In this document: piece after piece, positions 30,680-40,743 of the stretch
Layout: every line of letters starts with the position of its first letter
How positions within the stretch are numbered: position 1 is the stretch's first letter
Source of the DNA: Elusimicrobiota bacterium
GTDB lineage: Bacteria > Elusimicrobiota > Elusimicrobia > F11
Length of the DNA stretch: 45,561 nucleotides
Assembly: GCA_046153645.1 (NCBI GenBank)
Contig: JBJXGI010000060.1
Location: forward strand, 1 to 45,561
Reading direction: 5' to 3'
The notes under the pieces: model-generated
Database searches by the model: none
The model's input: the letters and a program-made list of their open reading frames with translations, nothing else
Told to the model about the DNA's origin: nothing
Made by a program: the position numbers and the translations under genes

Positions 30680-31237
30680 TTAGGCTCTCTCGATATATTC
30701 TTTGCTTCTCGTATCAACCCGCAATAAATCGCCTTCTTCAATAAAAAGAGGAACTTGAATTTCAATTCCGGTTTCAAGTGTGGCAAGTTTCATTGCGTTG
30801 GTGACAGTATTGCCTCTCACGCCAGGGACTGTTTCAGCCACTTTCAATTCAACAGAAGCGGGCAATTGAATTCCTAAAAATTCGCCATCAAGATAAGCCG
30901 CTTCCACTTCCATATTTTCCATTAAAAAATAAAACTGATCACCCAATTGTTCCTTCGTTATTTCTAAATCTTCAAAAGTTTCAACATCAACAAAATGAAC
31001 TCGATCTCCATCAGTATAAGAATATTGTTTTCGACGACGATTTAATTCCACCTCTCGAAACTCTTCACCTGATTTAAAAGTCCTTTCAATAGTGTCACCC
31101 GTTTTTAAATTCTTCAACTTAAGTCGCATCACAGCTCCACCTTTACCCGGCTTATGATGTTGGAACCAAGTGACTTGCCAAATCTTATTATCCCATTCGA
31201 AAACGGTTCCATTTTTAAATTCTGATGTGGAAATCAT
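30680..31237 (-). CDS. efp: Elongation factor P
   Basis: KPGKGGA, TFKSGE, LETG..IQVPLFI. Confidence 0.97.
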   Translation of the reverse strand: MISTSEFKNGTVFEWDNKIWQVTWFQHHKPGKGGAVMRLKLKNLKTGDTIERTFKSGEEFREVELNRRRKQYSYTDGDRVHFVDVETFEDLEITKEQLGDQFYFLMENMEVEAAYLDGEFLGIQLPASVELKVAETVPGVRGNTVTNAMKLATLETGIEIQVPLFIEEGDLLRVDTRSKEYIERA

Positions 31238-31323
31238 AAAATACTCCCTCGTTAGTTAATCTCATATTAAATAAAAATTCAGATGAAACTTGATTATTGG
31301 GTTAGTTTAAGTTGGTGAGAAAA

Positions 31324-32397
31324 CTACTTCGTTAAGATTTCAGAACCTTTTGGAGTCACCAAAAGAGTATCTTCAATACGAACACCAAATTTTCCAGGAA
31401 GGTAAATACCTGGCTCAACAGTGACGACCATACCGGTTGTTAATTTATCTTTTGCACCAGGACCGATACGAGGATGCTCATGAATATCTATGCCTACTCC
31501 ATGCCCCGTACTATGAACAAAAGTTTCTCCGTAACCGCTTTTCTTAATCACCTGTCGAGAAGCAAAGTCAACCGACCCCGCTGTCACCCCGGGCTTTAAT
31601 TGGCGAATTCCTGCCTTTTGAGCCCTTTCAACGATATTGAAAACCGTTGAAAATAAACGGGTCATCTTACCTAAGGGAAAAGTACGGGTCAAGTCAGACC
31701 GGTAACCTTCCCAGGTAGCGCCGATGTCGCAAACCACTGGTTCCCCTGCTTTTAATTTATAGTCAGAGACAATATGATGTGGAAAAGCTCCATTTGGGCC
31801 GCCAGCAATGATAAGTTCAAAAGCAATTCCGTCACCATTAAGATTAAAAAAGTGCGCTAAATCTGCTGAAATCTGTTTTTCAGTTCGACCTGGCTTAAGA
31901 CGTTTTTGCACAAATTCAGCCCCTAAAGCAGCAAGATGGTTCGCTGCTCTCAAGCGTTTCATTTCAAAAGCATCTTTAATCGTTCTTAATTGTGTAATAA
32001 GACCAGGAACCTCAATAAACCCCAATTTAACCAAAGCACTCCCAAAAGAATAGGGCAGCTGATTTGGATCAAAACCAATTTTTTTTAATTTATGCTTTTC
32101 TCGTATTTCCTTTAAAGTAGGGAAAAAAGCTCCCTTTAGACAGTTAAAGCCAACGGTATTGGATTTTCCCTGATCAAAAAGAAGATTGGGCAAAAATAAC
32201 CAGGATTCTTTTAGTCCAATCAAGGCATAATACCCTTCGGATTTATAATCTGTGAAATAATATAAGTCGGCTAAATTGGTCAGCAGATATCCGTCTAGAT
32301 TTTTCTCTTTCAATAACTCTCTAAAAGACTGTGTCCGCTGAAATAAGTAATGAGACTTCGGAAATTCTGCATTGGGAAATCGCGATTGTTTTTTCAT
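31324..32397 (-). CDS. Xaa-Pro aminopeptidase (M24B)
   Basis: PHH, DIGA...SDLTRT, HSTGHGVG.DIHE, EPGIY, GVRIED. Confidence 0.92.
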   Translation of the reverse strand: MKKQSRFPNAEFPKSHYLFQRTQSFRELLKEKNLDGYLLTNLADLYYFTDYKSEGYYALIGLKESWLFLPNLLFDQGKSNTVGFNCLKGAFFPTLKEIREKHKLKKIGFDPNQLPYSFGSALVKLGFIEVPGLITQLRTIKDAFEMKRLRAANHLAALGAEFVQKRLKPGRTEKQISADLAHFFNLNGDGIAFELIIAGGPNGAFPHHIVSDYKLKAGEPVVCDIGATWEGYRSDLTRTFPLGKMTRLFSTVFNIVERAQKAGIRQLKPGVTAGSVDFASRQVIKKSGYGETFVHSTGHGVGIDIHEHPRIGPGAKDKLTTGMVVTVEPGIYLPGKFGVRIEDTLLVTPKGSEILTK

Positions 32398-32444
32398 GCG
32401 CAGAAGTATATCGGAATTGGAATGAAAGACAAACCAATTTCCAT

Positions 32445-33560
32445 CTAAAAACCCAATTTATGAAGAGATTTTTTTACTATTAAGATCGAAATTCCACTTT
32501 GAACTTGAACTGCTCCTAACTTAAGGGGTAAAACAAATCGCAAAGACCCTGACACATGTTTTTTGTCTTTTTGTAAGGAATTCCAAAATATTTTTTTCTG
32601 TTGACTATTTAACGAGGGAATTCGAACTGGGAGCCCCGAATTCTTCAACAAATCAATCATTCGTCGGTGACTTAATGTGTCCCAAAGCCCCAATGATACC
32701 GACATATCGCCAACAACCCCCATTCCAACAGATATTGCTTCGCCATGAGTCATTTTTTTATAACCGGTCGCAGCTTCTAACGCATGTCCAATCGTGTGAC
32801 CAAAATTCAAAATTTCACGTCCTCCCTTTAAGGGGGTTTCACGTTCATCACCGCTAACCACTTGAGCCTTGGTTAAAGCAGACGTATAAATAGCATGAAA
32901 TACATCAGCAGGGGTCCATTTTTTCAGATGAGGCTGATTCTTAACTTTTCTCTCCAGCCATCGAAAAAAATCAATTCTTTTAATGAGCCCATATTTAATA
33001 ATTTCAGCAAATCCAGTCTTCCAATCTCTATCAGATAACGTTTTTAAAAAAGAAGGATCAACAAAAACAAGCTTCGGTTGCCAAAAAGCGCCGACTAAAT
33101 TTTTCCCCTCATCTAAATCAATTCCTGTTTTTCCACCAATAGAAGCATCTACCATGGCCAACAATGTTGTGGGAACTGATATATAAGGAACCCCTCGCAT
33201 ATAAGTAGCGGCTAAAAAACCGGCCATATCCGTTACAACGCCTCCCCCTAACGCAATAACCAATGACTTACGGTCCAATCGATTTCTGAGAGCCGCTTGG
33301 AATAATTTGGTTAATTGTGTGATGTTTTTTTGCGCCTCTCCATCAGGAATAATAGAAGCATTCACATTTACTTTTAACGGCTTCAAAATAAGTATAAGAT
33401 TTTTTAAATGCCCAGCCTTTGCAACAGAATTTGTTGTGACAATAAAAATCCGACTCGGATTAAGCTTAAGATTCTGGATTTTCTCAGCTAACCTCTCTTT
33501 CGAACTCCCAATAACAATATCGTAGGATCTTTCTTGCAAATGAACTTTAACTGTTTTCAT
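32445..33560 (-). CDS. aroB: 3-dehydroquinate synthase
   Basis: GGGVVTD, PTTLLAMVDASIGGKT, LNFGHTIGHALE. Confidence 0.96.
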   Translation of the reverse strand: MKTVKVHLQERSYDIVIGSSKERLAEKIQNLKLNPSRIFIVTTNSVAKAGHLKNLILILKPLKVNVNASIIPDGEAQKNITQLTKLFQAALRNRLDRKSLVIALGGGVVTDMAGFLAATYMRGVPYISVPTTLLAMVDASIGGKTGIDLDEGKNLVGAFWQPKLVFVDPSFLKTLSDRDWKTGFAEIIKYGLIKRIDFFRWLERKVKNQPHLKKWTPADVFHAIYTSALTKAQVVSGDERETPLKGGREILNFGHTIGHALEAATGYKKMTHGEAISVGMGVVGDMSVSLGLWDTLSHRRMIDLLKNSGLPVRIPSLNSQQKKIFWNSLQKDKKHVSGSLRFVLPLKLGAVQVQSGISILIVKKSLHKLGF

Positions 33561-34056
33561 AATGAACTCTTCTTAAAATTTCCTCCGCTATTTCCTTTGG
33601 ATCAAATTGATCCGTATCAATTGAAAAATGGGCTTTGGCATATAAGGGTTCTCTTTCAGCCAATCTTTTTTGAATAGATTCTAACGGCCGTTCTGGATCA
33701 ATAAGAGGTCTCGATTTTAAATCACCAGCTCTTAACAAAATTGTTGAGGGCGAAACTTTAAGCCAAACAATTTCAGAATTAATTGCTAAATCATTCATAT
33801 TATCCGAATTAAGAGGGACACCGCCCCCCGTTGAAATAACGCACTGATCCATTTCTCGAATTCGATTTATAACCTTTCGTTCCTGCTCACGAAAGGCTTG
33901 TTCTCCATTTTTCTGAATATAGGCCCCAACTGGCATACCAACTTCCTCTGCAATTAAACGATCCGTGTCTAGGTGCGGCCATCCTAATTTATGAGAAAGA
34001 CTGCTTCCGACGCGGGATTTTCCAGCGCACATAAAACCAATCAAGACAATTTTCAT
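33547..34056 (-). CDS. aroK: Shikimate kinase
   Basis: GFMCAGKS P-loop, DTD, STGGG, RPL. Confidence 0.95.
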   Translation of the reverse strand: MKIVLIGFMCAGKSRVGSSLSHKLGWPHLDTDRLIAEEVGMPVGAYIQKNGEQAFREQERKVINRIREMDQCVISTGGGVPLNSDNMNDLAINSEIVWLKVSPSTILLRAGDLKSRPLIDPERPLESIQKRLAEREPLYAKAHFSIDTDQFDPKEIAEEILRRVHYENS

Positions 34057-35222
34057 TAGTAATTTTTTATTTGGTTTAAATAATTATCAAAATTAGCTTT
34101 CACTTCTTTTAAAGAATCTCCTCCAAATTTCTCTTTAAAGGCTTGAGCCAAAGTAATCGCCGTTATCGCCTCGGCAATAACCGCCGCGGCAGCCACAGGA
34201 GCAACGTCGGAACGAACAATTTCCGCTTTCAGTTCTTCTTTTGTTTTTAAGTGAATTGAATTTAATGGTTTACGCAAACTGGCCAAAGGTTTAATAACAG
34301 ATCGAATAACGATATTTTCTCCATTGCTCATGCCGCCCTCAATTCCGCCGGCGTTATTCGTTTTTCGATAAAACCCTTTTTCCTTATTAAAAAAAATCTC
34401 ATCATGAACATCGGAACCGCGCATTCCCGCATATTCAAAGCCTCTCCCAATTTCAACTGCTTTATGGGCTTGCAACGACATAAAGGCAAAGGCCAAACGA
34501 GCATCTAATTTTAAATCCCATTGTGTAAAGGATCCCAAACCTACAGGAACTCCTGTACAGACCACCTCATAAATTCCTCCAAGTGTATCCCCTTCTTTTT
34601 TAGCTTGTGAAATTTCATCCATCATGGCTTTTGTTGCGGTTTCATCAGGACATTGTACGGGGGATTCCTTTGCTTTTAGACTCAGATCCAAAGGAGAGAG
34701 TTGTGGAATGGTTGCTTTAACATGTCCAATTTGAGTGACCCATGAATAAATATGAATACCAAACACTTTAAGATATTTTCGACAAACTGAACCAACAGCT
34801 GTTCTCACCGCGGTTTCTCTTGCGCTGGCTCGCTCTAGAATATCACGCGTATCATATCGATTAAATTTCAGAGCGCCAGAAAGATCAGCATGACCTGGGC
34901 GAGGACGAACCAACGAATATTTATCATCTTGGTCTTCTTTTTTAACAGACATGATTTTTTCCCAATTGACCCAATCTTTATTTTCAACCACCAAGGTAAT
35001 AGGATCCCCTATTGTTTCTCCAAAACGAACTCCAGAAATAAATTTAACAGCATCGGCTTCGATATATTGCTGTCTCTCACCACGACCAAACGTATGCTGT
35101 CGCCTTGCAAGTTCAACATTAATTTCGTCTTCAGTAATAGGAACACCTGCAGGAATGCCCTCTAAAATGGCTGTTAGTTGTTTCCCATGTGACTCCCCCG
35201 CTGTTAAATATCGAATGGTCAT
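34056..35222 (-). CDS. aroC: Chorismate synthase
   Basis: TAGESHG, RPGHAD, ERASARETA, GGIEGGMSNG. Confidence 0.97.
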   Translation of the reverse strand: MTIRYLTAGESHGKQLTAILEGIPAGVPITEDEINVELARRQHTFGRGERQQYIEADAVKFISGVRFGETIGDPITLVVENKDWVNWEKIMSVKKEDQDDKYSLVRPRPGHADLSGALKFNRYDTRDILERASARETAVRTAVGSVCRKYLKVFGIHIYSWVTQIGHVKATIPQLSPLDLSLKAKESPVQCPDETATKAMMDEISQAKKEGDTLGGIYEVVCTGVPVGLGSFTQWDLKLDARLAFAFMSLQAHKAVEIGRGFEYAGMRGSDVHDEIFFNKEKGFYRKTNNAGGIEGGMSNGENIVIRSVIKPLASLRKPLNSIHLKTKEELKAEIVRSDVAPVAAAAVIAEAITAITLAQAFKEKFGGDSLKEVKANFDNYLNQIKNY

Positions 35223-36124
35223 GACTGAATGCCCTCTTTTTGCAGATTTTTAAGTAAAAATTCTCTCATTAATTCTATAGGAGCCTTTGTTCCCGTCCAT
35301 ATTTCAAATGCGCGAGCGCCCTGATGAAGCAACATTTCAATTCCGTTTAAGGTAGTTGCCTCATATTTTTTTGCTTCTTTTAAAAATTGAGTTTCCCTAT
35401 GATAAATAACATCATAAACAATCTGATCTTGATGAAATTCTAACCCTTGAACCGGCAAAGCATCACTAGCATTTAATCCTATTGAAGTGGTATTGACAAT
35501 AAGATCAATTCGATAAGGCTCTGGAATTTCATTCATATTTCCGACAGGTTTTATTCGACTATCAAACATTGTTTTTTGTTCTAAAAAGGTTTTGATACGC
35601 GAAGGAGTTCTATTCCACCAAAATATTTTTTTTACTCCTTCTAAAAAAAGTTTAGCGACCAACACTGTTCCTGTGCCACCTGCACCTAAAACAATCACTC
35701 TCTGTCCCTGAGGATTAAAACCAATTCCTTGGAGAGAATCAATAAAACCTTCGGCGTCTGTATTGTAACCTTTTGAAACGCCAGACGAAAACAAAACAGT
35801 ATTGACCGATCCAACTTCTTTTGCAAAAGCGTCACATTCGTCCAAATAAGGGATTATGTGTTCTTTATGAGGGATTGTGACATTAAGCCCCAATAAGCCA
35901 TTCTTCTTTGCTTCAAACAGCGCCGCTTTAAGATCTGAGGGAGGAACACTAAACTTATGATAGATAGGCGGTGCCTCATTTTTTTTGGGCAGTAAATTAT
36001 TCCACCAAAACTCTAGAGCGGGGTTTTGCATGAATGGCGAAAGAGAATGTCCAATAGGATACCCAAAAATCCCCAGATCACCTGGCTTTGATTTTAAAAA
36101 AATATCTTCGATTGTACTGGTCAT
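35219..36124 (-). CDS. aroE: Shikimate dehydrogenase
   Basis: GHSLSP, NVTIPHK, NTD, GAGG, MLLHQG. Confidence 0.93.
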   Translation of the reverse strand: MTSTIEDIFLKSKPGDLGIFGYPIGHSLSPFMQNPALEFWWNNLLPKKNEAPPIYHKFSVPPSDLKAALFEAKKNGLLGLNVTIPHKEHIIPYLDECDAFAKEVGSVNTVLFSSGVSKGYNTDAEGFIDSLQGIGFNPQGQRVIVLGAGGTGTVLVAKLFLEGVKKIFWWNRTPSRIKTFLEQKTMFDSRIKPVGNMNEIPEPYRIDLIVNTTSIGLNASDALPVQGLEFHQDQIVYDVIYHRETQFLKEAKKYEATTLNGIEMLLHQGARAFEIWTGTKAPIELMREFLLKNLQKEGIQS

Positions 36125-36125
36125 T

Positions 36126-37421
36126 TTAATTTCCTGAGACAATTATATCTTTGACCAGCAAACTGGGCGCGCCTTTGCCCGAATACCAAGTGAAATCTCG
36201 TCCCGCATGAGAAACTTTTTTAAAGATTTCCAAGATCGTTCCGGCAATCGTAACACCCCTGACAGGTTTTTTAAATTTACCATCCTGATACAAAAAGCCC
36301 GAAGCCCCCAATGAAAATTCTCCAGTAACAGGGTCAGCCATATGTAACCCCATAACCTCATGAACTAAAAAAACTTTTTTGTCGGAGGAAATGAGATGGT
36401 CAAAAGTATGATCAGAAGGTTCTATGAAAAAATTGGTTGATTGCGGTATGGGAATTGCGCCAATACTTGGTTTGGCCGCTCGACCATTGGAAATGGTTTT
36501 ATGTTCCGCTGAGGATTTCAAATCATAGAAATAATTTTTTAAGAAACCATTTTCTATAACAGAAATTTTTTTAGAGCGAACTCCTTCATCGTCAAAAATA
36601 CGAGACGCAGCCCCCTTTTCGAGATGAGGGTCATCAAAAACAGTAATAACAGAGGAAGCAATTTTCTCACCAAGTTTATTCTTCAAAAAGGATCGATTCC
36701 TCAGAACTGAAGCGGCTGAAAGAGCATTCTCCAATAAACTCATCAGCTGAATCACCACCCTGGGGTGCAAAAGAAGAGTATAGGAACCAGAAACAATAGA
36801 ACTCCCACCTAAAGATTGCAGCGCAGATTTGGCCGTTTCCTCTGCTAAGTTCTCAACGTTAACATCATCAATAAATCGATGACCGGAAAAGTCCCAGGCA
36901 ACTTCAGTAGAAGAACCTTCATTGGCTAAAATTTCCACGGAAAAACCTGCAAAAGAATCCGACTCTTCAAAAGAATGCCCCCATGAATTTGAAAGAAAAC
37001 GCGTTGAAAATTTCTCGGTCGTTTGAAACTTAATGATTTTCTTTATTCTTGAATCTAACTTCTTAAGTTTTTTTTCTAACAATCGAAAACGATCAAACCA
37101 ATCTTCGGGAGATGATTTGAAAATATTTCTATCATTTGAAATAAAATCATCTCCCTGGCTCTCTTTGGGCGCCAATTGATGATATTTGTCTACCGGAGCC
37201 CAAGGAGTCAGTGATTCGGCTTTTTTAATTAACCCTGGCCATTGCTTTTTTCCCGCGCCCGCCATTGTAAAAATTCCTAATTTACCGTTCTTAATGACTC
37301 GAGCACAAGCAGCATTTTTATTGGCGGACACCTGAAGAGAAGGGTGTCCATCAGTCCAGCCTAACTGCCTATTTTCAGATTCTTCTGAAAATATTTCCCA
37401 TAAAAAAGCACTTTTTCTCAT
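36126..37421 (-). CDS. TldD/PmbA family protein (PmbA/TldE type)
   Basis: FDDEG, NGRA, TNFFI, DPVTGEFSLGASG, PVRGVTIAG, APSL; no HExxxH. Confidence 0.88.
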   Translation of the reverse strand: MRKSAFLWEIFSEESENRQLGWTDGHPSLQVSANKNAACARVIKNGKLGIFTMAGAGKKQWPGLIKKAESLTPWAPVDKYHQLAPKESQGDDFISNDRNIFKSSPEDWFDRFRLLEKKLKKLDSRIKKIIKFQTTEKFSTRFLSNSWGHSFEESDSFAGFSVEILANEGSSTEVAWDFSGHRFIDDVNVENLAEETAKSALQSLGGSSIVSGSYTLLLHPRVVIQLMSLLENALSAASVLRNRSFLKNKLGEKIASSVITVFDDPHLEKGAASRIFDDEGVRSKKISVIENGFLKNYFYDLKSSAEHKTISNGRAAKPSIGAIPIPQSTNFFIEPSDHTFDHLISSDKKVFLVHEVMGLHMADPVTGEFSLGASGFLYQDGKFKKPVRGVTIAGTILEIFKKVSHAGRDFTWYSGKGAPSLLVKDIIVSGN

Positions 37422-37426
37422 GTCAT

Positions 37427-37903
37427 TTAATCTGAGAGTGTCGAAAAAAGACGTGACTTATCATAGTTTGGATCAACTCTGGAAATTGAATTTAAGGCCA
37501 CTCTGGCCTGATCTTTGTCTCCGAGTGCCAGTGAGGCGATCGCAAAAAGTTCCCATGCGTCCACATTTCTTTGATCAGATCGGACCAAATCCCGACAGCG
37601 GTGAACCACTTTTAGATACTCTCCCTTTGACAAATCTTTTTGAGCTTGCTCCAACATTTGCCGCGCAATGGCAGGTGGAATATTGCGACTCTTAATCATC
37701 TCGCTTAAACCCGAAAAAAGAGCAATCCCTCCAAGAAACAATAATAAAATGGCGACTCGGCGACCAGAAAACAAAATCCATCGATCGTTAAAAACTTGCT
37801 CACGAAACCATTCATTAATTTTATAAATAAGCTGAGTTCTAAATAAAACTGCCCAGGCCAATAAAAACAATAAAAATGAAATAATTATTATCAAAAACAC
37901 CAT
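37427..37903 (-). CDS. Hypothetical membrane protein with two TM helices and a TPR-like C-terminus
   Basis: Hydrophobic segments, then AWELFAIASLALGDKDQARVALNSISRVDP. Confidence 0.7.
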   Translation of the reverse strand: MVFLIIIISFLLFLLAWAVLFRTQLIYKINEWFREQVFNDRWILFSGRRVAILLLFLGGIALFSGLSEMIKSRNIPPAIARQMLEQAQKDLSKGEYLKVVHRCRDLVRSDQRNVDAWELFAIASLALGDKDQARVALNSISRVDPNYDKSRLFSTLSD

Positions 37904-38004
37904 ATATTTTCACATCATAAGAAAGAATAAGCCAAAGGGGAACATTTCTATTACCATCCTAAAAAACCGTGGAAAGAATATCTTTTTGGGGGTATGGTTC
38001 TAGG

Positions 38005-39045
38005 GTGAAAAAAATTCCCATTCATTCGATTGTTTCTACTCTTTTATTACTCACTTTTTTATCTGGTGCGGCTTATTCAGAATCAATGAAACCTGTCTTC
38101 TTGATAAGCAAAGATGACCTTAATCTTATTCAAGAACGCCAACGCCTCTATAGATTAGGGATGAAAATTCAGCACGAAATTCCTCCCCGGATTATTATGG
38201 GAGAAATCCCTTCTAGTTTAAATACAAATTTATTAGCTCCTTTGAATATCTACACGAGCCCCATCGCAATTGCAGTGGTAGAACCATTAGGACCTATAGC
38301 TATTTCAGGAGCTTTAGAATGGAATAAAAAACTATTAAATTCTTCCCAAAAAATTGGGACCGCTAGTTTTAACGTCATGAAATCATTGGTATCACAAAAA
38401 TCTTTCCCTGGACCCGAAAATTTAGCTTGGAAAAACGAAACCGACTATTGGATATTGAATTGGGAAACGACCAGTAAACCCATATATTTTGAGATTCAAG
38501 GAGCACCGGACGCTTCTTTTAACAACATCACCTATCGAACCAAAACGAATTTAAATTCTTTGCTGATTCCATTTCCTTTACAAGGGAATAATCTCGCTGC
38601 GGTTTATTACAGGGTTCGATCTATTGACCGTCCCAATCCAAATAATCCTTCAGAAGAAATGAACGGAATGTGGTCTCAATTAACCTCCCCTTCTCCACAA
38701 ACTTTACCCAATCAAAATACCAACGTTTCCCCCTCTCTAACATCACCCGTTAATGGCTATCAATCAGAAGGTTTTACCATTAATCTTGAATGGACTTCTT
38801 CTCAGAGATCACGTATCCAAATCGCTGAAGATTCAAAATTCTCAAACATTTTGATAGACCAAATGGCGTTAGATGGCGAGTTTTTTATCCCCAACACGGT
38901 TTTTATTTCAGGTAAAAATTATCATTGGCGTGTATCGAACTGGTCCCTTCAACAAAGCCCATGGAGTGATTCCCGGTCATTTTGGGTGGGAGAACCAAAA
39001 CAAAACTATACAGATATGTTTGTAAACCCCGAGGCCCCCAAATGA
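38005..39045 (+). CDS. Exported hypothetical protein with fibronectin-III/Ig-like domains
   Basis: Signal peptide ending AAYS; PSLTSP.NG...LEW...IQIAEDSKFSN...YHWRV...WSDSRSF pattern; probable GTG start 38005; overlaps next gene (ATGA). Confidence 0.7.
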   Translation: MKKIPIHSIVSTLLLLTFLSGAAYSESMKPVFLISKDDLNLIQERQRLYRLGMKIQHEIPPRIIMGEIPSSLNTNLLAPLNIYTSPIAIAVVEPLGPIAISGALEWNKKLLNSSQKIGTASFNVMKSLVSQKSFPGPENLAWKNETDYWILNWETTSKPIYFEIQGAPDASFNNITYRTKTNLNSLLIPFPLQGNNLAAVYYRVRSIDRPNPNNPSEEMNGMWSQLTSPSPQTLPNQNTNVSPSLTSPVNGYQSEGFTINLEWTSSQRSRIQIAEDSKFSNILIDQMALDGEFFIPNTVFISGKNYHWRVSNWSLQQSPWSDSRSFWVGEPKQNYTDMFVNPEAPK

Positions 39046-40511
39046 GAAAAGGGCTTTTAACTTTAGCGCTCATGGTTTTTCTCAAATCATTTAGCCACGC
39101 AGGCATTCATGCTGTCGGATTAGATAAAACCCAATATACGAGTGACTTTATGATAGGAAAAGTCGCCGTATGCATTATTTTCCCAGAGTCCAATGGTGGA
39201 CAAGATGCAAACACAGAAACCTGGAGCGATGACCGAAAATCGCAAGTTATTTCAGAAATTATGTCAGGCCTTGATTGGTGGACAAAACAAAACCCTCGTT
39301 CTCATTTAAGTTTCACCTACATAACAAAAACAATTGCAACTAAATATGAGCCCATCGCTCGTCCTTATTATGATGAGGCGCTTTGGATCCCAGACATCAT
39401 GAGCAAAATTGGTTACACAGGCGGACGGTTTACCGCCACAAGAAATTTTAATAACGCGTTAAGAGACGAGTATGGAACCAACTGGGCTTTCACTATTTTT
39501 ATCGTTGATAGCTTAAATGACACCAATGGTAAATTCGCAGATGGCCTTTTTGCTTATGCCTATCTCGGTGGTCCTTTTTTAGTGATGACTTATGATAACA
39601 ACGGTTACGGCATAACGAACATGGATGTAGTTGCAGCCCATGAAACAGGCCACATATTCAATGCCCTAGATCAATACGCCGGAGCCAGTTCTCCCAATGA
39701 CTTCTCTATTGGATATTTTCAAACCATTAATGGGAACCATTCCTATTCCTCTACAGCCAATGAGCCCTCATCAATTATGCGGGGTGGAATTCGTTGGGGG
39801 TTAGATAGTTGGGCAAAACAAATGGTAGGGTGGAGAGATTCCAATAACAATAATTTAGATGATCTTATCGACCCACAGCCTACTTTTCAACTTTCATCAA
39901 GTCCAAGTCAATCAGGCAACGGAAATAATTCGTTTTCAGGCGCTGCTTCTGTGAGTGTGCTTCCAAGACAGGGCAATACCCAAGGAAAAGGGCTAACATT
40001 AGATACGGTGTCCAAAGTTGAATACAAAATAAACAACAATGATTGGCAACAAGCTGTCCCCGCAGATGGGATTTTTGATAGCGCACAAGAGTCATTCCAA
40101 ATTAATATTCCAGCCTCTACAACGCTGGGGGCTCAAAATGTTCAAGCAAGTGATTTAACTTTAAGAATTTCGACTTTTTATCAGTCAAACCCTGGAACGA
40201 GTACTCATGGTGGAGGCGGATCTCCATCGAACTTAAATGACGCGCATGCCTATCCCAACCCATTCAAACCAAACTCATCACTGGGGCACGTTGATATTAC
40301 TTTCACTGGTCTTACCAATGGTTCAAAGGTTCAAGTTTTCTCCCCCGCAGGTGAACCTGTCTTCGAAGGAATAGTGGTACCCGCGTCCCATACGCTCCAA
40401 TGGAGGGCCATTAACGATAATGGAACGGCTCTCTCAAGCGGCGTCTACTATTATCTCATCACAGATGATGCAGGAAATAAAAAGAAAGGAAAAATTGCCG
40501 TTATTAGATAA
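39042..40511 (+). CDS. Exported zinc metalloprotease (metzincin-like) with T9SS type-A-like/FlgD-Ig C-terminal domain
   Basis: Signal peptide; HETGHIFNALD and Met-turn SIMRG; C-terminal AYPNPF...SGVYYYLI...KGKIAVIR. Confidence 0.82.
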   Translation: MRKGLLTLALMVFLKSFSHAGIHAVGLDKTQYTSDFMIGKVAVCIIFPESNGGQDANTETWSDDRKSQVISEIMSGLDWWTKQNPRSHLSFTYITKTIATKYEPIARPYYDEALWIPDIMSKIGYTGGRFTATRNFNNALRDEYGTNWAFTIFIVDSLNDTNGKFADGLFAYAYLGGPFLVMTYDNNGYGITNMDVVAAHETGHIFNALDQYAGASSPNDFSIGYFQTINGNHSYSSTANEPSSIMRGGIRWGLDSWAKQMVGWRDSNNNNLDDLIDPQPTFQLSSSPSQSGNGNNSFSGAASVSVLPRQGNTQGKGLTLDTVSKVEYKINNNDWQQAVPADGIFDSAQESFQINIPASTTLGAQNVQASDLTLRISTFYQSNPGTSTHGGGGSPSNLNDAHAYPNPFKPNSSLGHVDITFTGLTNGSKVQVFSPAGEPVFEGIVVPASHTLQWRAINDNGTALSSGVYYYLITDDAGNKKKGKIAVIR

Positions 40512-40743
40512 ACCGTCATATCAACTTCGTCATCAATTTATCATTAACAATTTACTCATAGCATTAATCAAAACACATCTAAAAGAAAGCCTGTTTTTTA
40601 GTTATCCCCCGCAAATAACGAAATAGTTAGTAAAGATTGTCGCAAGTTTATCACTAGGGTCTTAGCAATTTCCGCACTTAACTTTCTTATCCAAGCCTCG
40701 CTTAAGTCACCAATCTGTCATTGGTCACCGTTAGTCTTAAGCC

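Noticed and set aside
40420..40626. 68-aa plus-strand ORF overlapping the protease C-terminus
   Set aside because: Alternative-frame overlap with no SD or recognisable motif
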